The notes beneath the pieces were generated by a model that did no database searches, had not been told where the DNA came from, and saw only the letters and a program-made list of their open reading frames with translations. Shown one piece after another: positions 1 through 7,264 of a DNA stretch of 15,775 nucleotides. The translations under genes were made by a program, and so were the position numbers. The DNA lies in NCBI GenBank assembly GCA_049599895.1, contig JBMYPC010000070.1, positions 1 to 15,775 on the forward strand, in the 5' to 3' direction. Every line of letters begins with the position of its first letter. The stretch's first letter is position 1. Origin of the DNA: Bacteriovoracaceae bacterium (GTDB taxonomy: Bacteria > Bdellovibrionota > Bacteriovoracia > Bacteriovoracales > Bacteriovoracaceae).

Positions 1-14
1 GGGGGGGGGGGGGG
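1..14. repeat. 14-nt poly-G homopolymer at window edge, probable sequencing/assembly artefact
   Basis: G14 at positions 1-14 in an otherwise AT-rich sequence, 2 nt beyond the stop of the first CDS. Poly-G tails are a known artefact of two-colour Illumina chemistry. Confidence 0.7.
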
Positions 15-16
15 AA

Positions 17-928
17 TTATTCGCGGTAGAATTGGACTTGGTTTCTTCCGCCTTGTTTGGCCTTGTAAACTGCTGAGTCAGCTCTTTTAAAAAGGTCTGT
101 TCCTGTGTTGACACCCATTCGGTAGTCGGCAACTCCAATTGAAGCTGTCACCGGAAGGAGGTTTCCTTCGTAGATAAATTGATTTGTCTCAAGAAGCTTT
201 CTCAGTCGTTCGGCGATTTCAAAAGCTTGTTTGAGGTTTGTTGTTGGAAGAAGAATAACAAACTCCTCACCGCCGTAACGGGCAAAGATGTCTTGGTCGC
301 GGACGCCGTGCTTTCTAATTAACTCAGCTCCTGCTTTAAGAACATAGTCACCTGCATCGTGGCCAAAGTTGTCATTGAGTTTTTTAAAATGATCGAGATC
401 GAAAACGATTAGTGAAAGTGGGCTACCAGTGACTTTTGATTTTTTAACTTCAAGGTCGATTTTTTCGTTGAAGTAAGTCTTATTAAAGCAGCCAGTGTGC
501 TTGTCTGTATTGGCCTCAAGACTTAGTTTGTCATAGGTCAGCCTTTCAGGGTCACCCTTAGGAAGATATTTTAAAGTCAGGCTTCCTACTTTAATAAGGT
601 CACCTTTTTCTAACGAAGCAATGCCTTCAATTTTTTTATTGTTAAGATAAGTTCCGTTTTTTGATCCCGCATCTTGAAGACAATAAGATTCTTCACTGCC
701 TTTGATGAGCTCAAAGTGGTTTCTTGAGATTCCTGCAAACTCGAGAGGGATCGTATTGTTAGCAGTTCTTCCAACTGAAACCTTTTCAAGTTCAAGATCA
801 AAAAGAGTTCCGTTGAGATCTCCACCTACAACTAAAAGGGCTGCAGGTTTTTTTGAAGCTTCTTTCTCTGCTGTTTGAAGAGCTTCTTTAATGTCAGTTA
901 AAAGAATTGTCGAATCGTCGCCGGCCAT
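17..928 (-). CDS. dgcB: FHA-GGDEF diguanylate cyclase, Bdellovibrio DgcB-like
   Basis: The FHA domain keeps its phosphothreonine-binding residues (VGRT, ISRNH, SKNGT). The C-terminal GGDEF domain has DLDHFKKLNDNFGHDAGD, an RxxD I-site (RDQD) and ARYGGEEF. A short N-terminal tail with DDSTILL gives the same tail-FHA-GGDEF layout as B. bacteriovorus DgcB. Domain call is firm; the symbol rests on architecture. Confidence 0.9.
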   Translation of the reverse strand: MAGDDSTILLTDIKEALQTAEKEASKKPAALLVVGGDLNGTLFDLELEKVSVGRTANNTIPLEFAGISRNHFELIKGSEESYCLQDAGSKNGTYLNNKKIEGIASLEKGDLIKVGSLTLKYLPKGDPERLTYDKLSLEANTDKHTGCFNKTYFNEKIDLEVKKSKVTGSPLSLIVFDLDHFKKLNDNFGHDAGDYVLKAGAELIRKHGVRDQDIFARYGGEEFVILLPTTNLKQAFEIAERLRKLLETNQFIYEGNLLPVTASIGVADYRMGVNTGTDLFKRADSAVYKAKQGGRNQVQFYRE

Positions 929-955
929 GGATCGTCTTTTAATTTACTCATTTGT

Positions 956-1086
956 TTGAGCAAAACGCTTAGTTAAACCACAAGCTTAAAAAGCTTTGTA
1001 TAAGCCAAAATTTTATCTCTTGAGAGTCTTTTGCTCAATCCCTAAATTTAATACCTAAAAGATCGAGATACCTGACAGTTTTGCTC
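956..1086 (-). promoter_or_regulatory. Structured/repeated element between pgi and the diguanylate cyclase (inverted repeats, three GAGCAAAA copies)
   Basis: Perfect 10-bp inverted repeat TTGAGCAAAA (956-965) / TTTTGCTCAA (1029-1038). It encloses nested stems 967-971/1001-1005 and 980-987/991-999. A third copy, GTTTTGCTC, lies at 1078-1086. Confidence 0.5.
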
Positions 1087-1092
1087 TAGCGA

Positions 1093-2343
1093 TTAAGATT
1101 GGGCCAGAATCTCATAGGCATAGACTTTACCAAGTTCAACTCCAGGCTGATTAAAAGCATCAATATCGAGATATTCACCCATAAGAGCTGTAAGTGCTTC
1201 AAAAAACACAATAAGTTGACCCATATGGTAGGCATCTACCTGATCAATTTTAAGATTAATGAATGGCCTTTTGACTTCTTTCAAAGCCTTTTTTGTTCCA
1301 TTCAGCTCAGCTTTCATAAGGTCCACAAGTGAGTGGTTTTTTAATTTCTCAAATGAAGGGAGATTGATTGTACTTTCAAGTTTAAAGTCATGCTTAAATT
1401 TTTCAACTTCAACAAGCATAAGGGCCTTGTCATAAGGTCCTTCCATAAAAAGTTGCATCTGGCTGTGCTGGTCTGTGGCTCCATAACCTGGAATTGGAGT
1501 AAATCCTGTGTTCACTTCTTTTCCACTTCGATCAACTTTCTTTCCTAGACTTTCGGCCCAAAGTTGAACATACCAAAAAGCAAGATCTCTTAGAGTTGAA
1601 GAGTAGGGCATGATCACAGTTTGGTTCACACCATTTTCAAAAAGGTTAAAAAGCCATTCCGCTGAAGTAATCAGAGGATTGTCACTTGAAAACTTTGAAA
1701 CTTCTGTTTTTAAATCAGCATGACCCTTTAAAAGGTCTTTTGGATCAACTCCAGCGAATAAACAGGGAAGGTAACCAACAGGAGTAAGAACACTAAACCT
1801 TCCACCAATATTTGATGGCACTTCAAGACACTTAATATCAAGTTCTTTAGAGAGAGTGAGAAGTTGGCTGTTCACAGGGTCTGTTGCAAAAACAAAGTAG
1901 TCTTTAAACTCAGACTCACTAATTCCATTTTCTTTTAAAAGGTTCATCATAATGCTGAAGCCAGCTACAGTTTCAGCTGTCCCACCTGATTTAGAGACAA
2001 CATAAAAAAGAGTATTTTTAAGATCAATCTTCTTAAGTTGTCTTTCGATCTGGTCAGGGTCAATGTTGTTAATAAATTCAAAGTGGCAATCGGTCTCTTT
2101 TAAAGAAGAGATAAGCATTTCTGGGCCAAGAGAGCTTCCACCAATTCCTATTTGAACGAAATGAGTTTTATCAATAAAGGCCTTAAAGATTTTCTCACTT
2201 TGAGAAATGAGATCAGTTCTTTCATCAAGGTTGAAAAAACCAATACCATCAGAGTTTACTGTTTCAAGAAACTTTTGAAACATTATTTCAGCACGCTTCG
2301 GATTAACGTTAATATCAGTAGAGAACTCTAGATTTAAAGACAT
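1093..2343 (-). CDS. pgi: Glucose-6-phosphate isomerase (short ~420-aa type)
   Basis: PGI motifs IGIGGS, VVSKSGGTAET, NIGGRFSVL, QLWAESLGK, GATDQHS and FNQPGVELGK. SD AAGGAG lies upstream of the ATG. Confidence 0.96.
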   Translation of the reverse strand: MSLNLEFSTDINVNPKRAEIMFQKFLETVNSDGIGFFNLDERTDLISQSEKIFKAFIDKTHFVQIGIGGSSLGPEMLISSLKETDCHFEFINNIDPDQIERQLKKIDLKNTLFYVVSKSGGTAETVAGFSIMMNLLKENGISESEFKDYFVFATDPVNSQLLTLSKELDIKCLEVPSNIGGRFSVLTPVGYLPCLFAGVDPKDLLKGHADLKTEVSKFSSDNPLITSAEWLFNLFENGVNQTVIMPYSSTLRDLAFWYVQLWAESLGKKVDRSGKEVNTGFTPIPGYGATDQHSQMQLFMEGPYDKALMLVEVEKFKHDFKLESTINLPSFEKLKNHSLVDLMKAELNGTKKALKEVKRPFINLKIDQVDAYHMGQLIVFFEALTALMGEYLDIDAFNQPGVELGKVYAYEILAQS

Positions 2344-2377
2344 GGTAAAACTCCTTAAGTCTTATATTAAAAAATTT

Positions 2378-3508
2378 TTACGAGAATTTTTGTTTGAGGT
2401 TTCGTGAAATGACAACTTTTTGAATTTGATTGGTGCCTTCAACAATTTGAAGAACTTTAGCATCTCTCATAAACCGCTCAACAGGGTACTCCGAGGTGTA
2501 TCCTACTCCCCCAAGAATCTGAACAGCATCAGTTGTTACTTTCATTGCTACATCGGTGGATTTTAATTTGGCCATCGCTGATAACATTTGATTATTCTCG
2601 CCGGCATCAAAACTTACGGCAGCCTCTTTGACAAGACTTCTTGCGGCCATGGTTTCGGTTGCCATTTCTGCGAGCATAAATTGAATTCCCTGAAAATCAA
2701 AGATCGCTTTTTTGAATTGTTCTCTTTCTAATGAATATTTAACGGACTCATCAAGGGCACGAGTTGCGAGACCCACTGCAATAGAACCAATGGTAATACG
2801 ACCTCTATCGAGGGCCTTCATGGCAACTTTAAACCCATCGCCAAGGTTTCCTAGAATATTTTCTTTAGGGACAACACATTTTTCAAGAACGACTTCTCTT
2901 GTGGGAGAAACCTTCCAACCCATTTTCTTTTCTTTTTTGCCAAAGCTTAAGCCTGGGGTATCTGAAGGAACGATAAAGGCGCTGATTCCTTTAGCTCCTT
3001 CTTCGCCAGTTCTGGCCATGACAAGATAAGTTTTTGCTATCCCACCTGAAGTGATCCACATTTTTTGACCGTTAATCTCATAGCCACCTTCAACTTCTTT
3101 AGCTGTTGTTTTTAAAGCCGCTGCATCTGATCCTGATGAAGATTCACTCAAACAAAAGGCACCAATGCCTTCACCGCTTGTGAGCTCTGGAAGAAATTTG
3201 TTCTTTTGCTCTTCTGTTCCAAAAAGTTCAATGATTTCTTGAACCATAGTGCTTACAGATAGAGTCACGGCGTAGCTAACAGAAGATTTTGCGAGCTCTT
3301 CGAGCACATAACAAAAGTCTTCATATTTAAGACCGGCACCACCGTAGTTTTCAGATATGGGAATTCCAGCGAGACCCATTTCTCCTATGGCCTTATAAAT
3401 TTCCATACGAAAATTTTCGTTGGCATCATCCTCTTCACAAAAAGGCTCAATCTGATCGAGACGAAACTTTTCAATATGCTGTCTGAGTTCGAGTTGGTCT
3501 TGGTTCAT
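2378..3508 (-). CDS. Acyl-CoA dehydrogenase, short-chain/short-branched (butyryl-CoA dehydrogenase-like)
   Basis: ACAD motifs FCLSESSSGSD, NGQKMWITSG, ALDRGRITIG and QILGGVGY. The catalytic Glu sits in the C-terminal IVEGTNQIQ loop, the SCAD/MCAD position. Confidence 0.93.
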   Translation of the reverse strand: MNQDQLELRQHIEKFRLDQIEPFCEEDDANENFRMEIYKAIGEMGLAGIPISENYGGAGLKYEDFCYVLEELAKSSVSYAVTLSVSTMVQEIIELFGTEEQKNKFLPELTSGEGIGAFCLSESSSGSDAAALKTTAKEVEGGYEINGQKMWITSGGIAKTYLVMARTGEEGAKGISAFIVPSDTPGLSFGKKEKKMGWKVSPTREVVLEKCVVPKENILGNLGDGFKVAMKALDRGRITIGSIAVGLATRALDESVKYSLEREQFKKAIFDFQGIQFMLAEMATETMAARSLVKEAAVSFDAGENNQMLSAMAKLKSTDVAMKVTTDAVQILGGVGYTSEYPVERFMRDAKVLQIVEGTNQIQKVVISRNLKQKFS

Positions 3509-3517
3509 AGGGTTTCC

Positions 3518-4660
3518 TTAGCCAAGGGTATCCTTTAAAAGGTTTTTCGCAATAATCATAATCATGACTTCGTTAGTTCCTGCACCGATTTCGTTGAGTT
3601 TGTTATCTCTTAAAAATCTCTCCACTGGAAATTCACGGCTATAACCATAACCACCGTGAAGTTGGATAGCATCAAGAGCAATCTTCGTCGCCATCTTTGG
3701 AAGCGCAAGCTTGACTTGAGCAGCTACTGTAGGACCTTTATTACCTTCATCATATTGTTTTGCAACAGAGTAGAGGAAATGTCTCATCATCTCTGTTTCT
3801 GTTGCCATTTCAGCGATCATTTTTTGAATGAGCTGGTAGTTTCCAATTGGTTTTCCAAACTGGCTCCTTTCATTCGCATACTTTATTGACTGATCAACAC
3901 AGGCCTGAGCAATCCCAAGTGAGATTCCGGCAATTGTGATTCTTTCAATTTCAAGGTTTTTCATCATGTGATAAATGGAATCACCTTCGTTACCAACAAG
4001 GTTTTCTAGTGGAACTTTTGCATCTTCAAAAACAAGTTCTCCTGTTGGTGAAGCTCGCATACCCATTTTATGAATAGGATTTCCAACACTGAAGCCTTTC
4101 ATGCCTTTTTCCACAATAAAGGTCGAAAGGTTTTTTCTCTCATCACCGGTTCTCGTGTAGACATAGGCGATATCTGAGTACTGAGCATTAGTGATCCACA
4201 TTTTCGTTCCGTTAAGAACGTAATGATCATCTTTTTTAACGGCTTTTGTTTGAATCCCCACAGCGTCTGAACCATATTCTGGTTCACTCATTCCCATACA
4301 GCCAATATGTTCACCGGTAATGAGCTTTGGCAAATACTTTGCTTTTTGTTCTGTACTGGCGTTTTGTTCAATATTGTTGACACATAAAATGGAGTGGGCA
4401 AGGTAACTTAAAGTTGAAGAGGCACAAACCTTTCCAAACTCTTCCATCACTATTGTTGCAGCCAGAGCGCCAAGTCCTGCACCACCATATTCAGGATCAG
4501 CTGTAATTCCTAGAACTCCAAGCTCACCCATCTTTTTAAAGGCTTCTAAATTAAATGTTTCATTTTCATCATGTTCCGTTGCTTTTGGTGCAATTTCTCT
4601 CTGAGCAAATTCACGACAACTTTCAACCAATTGCTTCTCTTCTTCTGTAAAAAACCACAT
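3518..4660 (-). CDS. ivd: Isovaleryl-CoA dehydrogenase-like acyl-CoA dehydrogenase
   Basis: ACAD motifs plus IVD signatures: LSYLAHSILCVNNI, MGMSEPEYGSD, helix-G catalytic Glu in NLEIERITIA, and Ala rather than Glu in EIGAGTNE. SD GGGGAG lies upstream. Confidence 0.88.
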   Translation of the reverse strand: MWFFTEEEKQLVESCREFAQREIAPKATEHDENETFNLEAFKKMGELGVLGITADPEYGGAGLGALAATIVMEEFGKVCASSTLSYLAHSILCVNNIEQNASTEQKAKYLPKLITGEHIGCMGMSEPEYGSDAVGIQTKAVKKDDHYVLNGTKMWITNAQYSDIAYVYTRTGDERKNLSTFIVEKGMKGFSVGNPIHKMGMRASPTGELVFEDAKVPLENLVGNEGDSIYHMMKNLEIERITIAGISLGIAQACVDQSIKYANERSQFGKPIGNYQLIQKMIAEMATETEMMRHFLYSVAKQYDEGNKGPTVAAQVKLALPKMATKIALDAIQLHGGYGYSREFPVERFLRDNKLNEIGAGTNEVMIMIIAKNLLKDTLG

Positions 4661-4696
4661 AAATGATGACTCCCCTTACCAAAATTGTCTGAGAAC

Positions 4697-4726
4697 TTTA
4701 CATCAATTCCACTAACTTTGTATAAT
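4697..4726 (+). promoter_or_regulatory. Putative sigma70 promoter for the 589-aa gene
   Basis: TTTACA (4697-4702), 18-nt spacer, then a perfect TATAAT (4721-4726) in the divergent intergenic region. SD GGAG (4754-4757) is 7 nt before GTG 4765. Confidence 0.6.
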
Positions 4727-4764
4727 GCGTCTAGGTAGCAAAGAAGCTGCCTTGGAGCGATGCA

Positions 4765-6534
4765 GTGCAGTCACACACCCAAAACGAAACGGATGCCGTT
4801 GATCGGTCAGGATTTCAAGGAGAGAACCACTTCTTTTATTGGAAAACCTCCTCATCATTATGGAAAGAAAGACTTTCAAATCCTGAAGAGTTCAAAGGGG
4901 ACAAGGTTTTTGTTCCCATCAACTGGGCATTTCATACAGAAACGGGGGACCGTTTTGATTTCGCTGGCGAAAAGCCTGAGACAAATCTTAGCCGTATCGA
5001 AAAAATTTGCGATGAGTTGCATAAAGAGCTCGTTTTTCTTCTTCCTCTTGGACCTGCACCCTATATGGTTAATGGCGGTGTGCCAAGCTTGATCGCAAGG
5101 TCTCCGGCTTATCGAAAAGAGGGAGTCATCCAACACCTTATCGATAAAGAGGGTCAAATTAATCGATTGTATTCTGCATTTGATTCTCGAATTTATATGG
5201 CATTTGCAAAATTTGCTCATGCTCTTGGACAGTACTTCACAAGAAGTGGTGTGAGGAGTCGACTTTGTTCGGCTGAATTTGGTTACTTTTCCTATTTGCA
5301 GTTCTCATCTCTTTTCAATGACCACTCGCAGACATTTAATGAAGCCTTTTTAAGGTATCTCAAGTCAGTTCATGGAGAAGGCTGGGAAGAAGTTTATAAA
5401 GAAATTCAAACCAATATTGATGTTCAAGAGTTTCATTATCGAGAGTTTTACCTCAATATTCACGCACTCTATTCTCAGTGTGTTGAAGAGGCTTTGGCTT
5501 CTAATTTTGAAAAACACTTAAGCTTTCATGTTTTAGGAGATCTTAAAACATTCTGTATGGGGCTTTTCCCAAAACAAACCTTGCAAGGGGAGATTGGTCA
5601 ACAGCTTATTGAGTGTTATCGACAAAATATTTATGTCACAAGTTCTCTCGTTCCTGAAAGACTCAAATTAAAAACCAATGCAGAAATTTTTTCAGACCTT
5701 TATTCGGCTGATCTCTATCAAAAAATGTTTAATGAGAACCTCGCGGAAAGTGATCAGCTTCTGAGTTATCACTTTTTAAGTTTCATGAGTCTCTTTACTG
5801 ATAAAAGAGGCGCCAGAAAGTTAGTCGAACTGAGAAAATCAGGTCTGTTAAATTATATTGAACAAGAGCTTGGTGCTTGCTTTAGAATTTATACTCCAGA
5901 TGAATTTTCACTTGATGAAGATGGGAATGAGTATGGAATGACTTTTGCTGATCACATTCTCTTTTTCAGTGCGAGCTGCATGAATGAGAAGACCTTTCGA
6001 AAGATGCTTAAGGCTTTTATGAGTGGTAAAAAAATTGTTCTGGATCGTTCTGGAATCGATACGACTTTACTAAAAAAGCTAGAGGTCTTCTTAATGGAAA
6101 ATGATCTCATGGTAGAGAAAGTTCATATCTATTCAGATGTACATAATATCAACTTAGGCGAGGGAAGAATCACTGTTGTTCAAAGTGACAAACTTTCTGA
6201 GATCGATGCCTCTAAACAGCAGAGCTTTTGGAGTAAAATATTTGGAACCTATGATATTCATTACCTTAAAGTGGATGTAGAACAGCCACTTTTAAGTACA
6301 TGGAAAACACGTGCGGCGACTCCCAATGAGCTAAAGTTTGAAGAGGTGAGGCGGCTTCTCGTTTATAACCCTACGAGCTATCGAAAGAAAGTGAGTATGG
6401 TTCTTACGAAGAACTTTGTTCTTAAAAGAATTGTAAAAGAGAACAATACAAAAATTCATCATAAAGATCAGAATTTAAATATTGAGATTCTTCCAGGTGG
6501 AAGTTTCGCTCTCGACTTTGGAGTATTTTACTAA
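4765..6534 (+). CDS. Hypothetical protein with divergent GH35/GH42 (beta-galactosidase-like) architecture
   Basis: Long ORF with SD and GTG start. VPINWAFHTETGDRFDFAG..NLSRI..LGPAPYMVNGGVP resembles the GH35 N-terminal W-x2-H-x5-FDFxG / GP..GGxP pattern. DHSQTFNEAFLRYLKSVHG resembles a GH42 helix. ILFFSASCMNEKTFRKMLKAFMSGKKIVL resembles the GH42 trimerisation domain. CDS is secure; family call is by eye. Confidence 0.6.
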   Translation: MQSHTQNETDAVDRSGFQGENHFFYWKTSSSLWKERLSNPEEFKGDKVFVPINWAFHTETGDRFDFAGEKPETNLSRIEKICDELHKELVFLLPLGPAPYMVNGGVPSLIARSPAYRKEGVIQHLIDKEGQINRLYSAFDSRIYMAFAKFAHALGQYFTRSGVRSRLCSAEFGYFSYLQFSSLFNDHSQTFNEAFLRYLKSVHGEGWEEVYKEIQTNIDVQEFHYREFYLNIHALYSQCVEEALASNFEKHLSFHVLGDLKTFCMGLFPKQTLQGEIGQQLIECYRQNIYVTSSLVPERLKLKTNAEIFSDLYSADLYQKMFNENLAESDQLLSYHFLSFMSLFTDKRGARKLVELRKSGLLNYIEQELGACFRIYTPDEFSLDEDGNEYGMTFADHILFFSASCMNEKTFRKMLKAFMSGKKIVLDRSGIDTTLLKKLEVFLMENDLMVEKVHIYSDVHNINLGEGRITVVQSDKLSEIDASKQQSFWSKIFGTYDIHYLKVDVEQPLLSTWKTRAATPNELKFEEVRRLLVYNPTSYRKKVSMVLTKNFVLKRIVKENNTKIHHKDQNLNIEILPGGSFALDFGVFY

Positions 6535-6926
6535 TGGCGAAAGATTCGATCTTTATATTTGGTGGTATTCAGCATGGACTCGAGGGAGAGCTTTCCTATT
6601 ATATTCATTTTATTTTCACCGACTCGATGACGATAGACTTTAGTGAGGTGATTAATGAATTTCATCTGAAATTTTTTGAGATTGATGGAAGAGTTATTCT
6701 TGGGCCTTTCCCAGACAATATTGAGCTAAAAAAAATAGCCTTTGAGATAGGGGAATACCTTGAATCTGAAAAGATTTACCTTTTAGATGTCATTGAATAC
6801 AATTCACTTATTCTTGATAATTCAAACACAGAAGAGTTAATGAAAGCTGTGAAGGCCAATGCTGACGTGATCCCGATCGTCGATCCTAATGAGCAAAAAG
6901 GTTTTTGGAATAAAATTTTTACCTAA
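6534..6926 (+). CDS. Hypothetical acidic protein (130 aa) with C-terminal amphipathic helix
   Basis: TAATG stop/start overlap with the upstream gene. The protein ends EQKGFWNKIFT. Confidence 0.8.
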   Translation: MAKDSIFIFGGIQHGLEGELSYYIHFIFTDSMTIDFSEVINEFHLKFFEIDGRVILGPFPDNIELKKIAFEIGEYLESEKIYLLDVIEYNSLILDNSNTEELMKAVKANADVIPIVDPNEQKGFWNKIFT

Positions 6927-6928
6927 GA

Positions 6929-7264
6929 CTATTTTCGATATTTCTTTATGATTGATTCGATCTGTTCTTCATCAATTGGTTTTGAGATGATTTCAATAAA
7001 ATTGTTTTCTTTTGAAAAGTCTAATTCTCCTGTCACAAGATAACAGGGGATGTCTTTTGATATTTTTTCGCGACATTCAAGACCATTCATTTGTTGCATT
7101 CTAAAGTCAATGACACAAAAATCAACGGGATAATTTTTTGTATACTCAACCCCTTTTTCTGGGTCAGCAAAGAGGTGGACTTTTGTTTCATCATCTTCAA
7201 AGGAAGATTGAAAAATTTCTCCGAGTTCTGTTTCATCATCAATGTAAACGATATTAAGCGGCAT
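6929..7264 (-). CDS. Single-domain response regulator (CheY-like receiver)
   Basis: IVYIDDE acidic pair, phosphoacceptor Asp in VIDFRMQQMNGL, LVTG and ISKP. No output domain. Overlaps the kinase stop by 11 nt. Confidence 0.92.
   Translation of the reverse strand: MPLNIVYIDDETELGEIFQSSFEDDETKVHLFADPEKGVEYTKNYPVDFCVIDFRMQQMNGLECREKISKDIPCYLVTGELDFSKENNFIEIISKPIDEEQIESIIKKYRK

Noticed and set aside
929..1092. c-di-GMP-I (GEMM) riboswitch upstream of the diguanylate cyclase, suggested by two GCAAAA words
   Set aside because: No GNRA-capped P2 stem, tetraloop receptor or correct P1/P3 arrangement is visible. Reported only as an unassigned structured element.
610..4287. Short nested or antisense ORFs 610-825, 1099-1332, 2712-3029, 3656-3889 and 4099-4287
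   Set aside because: All lie inside well-supported conserved genes and have no recognisable motifs; treated as shadow ORFs.
4760..5092. 110-aa ATG-started ORF overlapping the 589-aa gene in another frame
   Set aside because: The ATG is only 2 nt from the GGAG, whereas GTG 4765 is at 7 nt. The family-like motifs are in the 589-aa frame.
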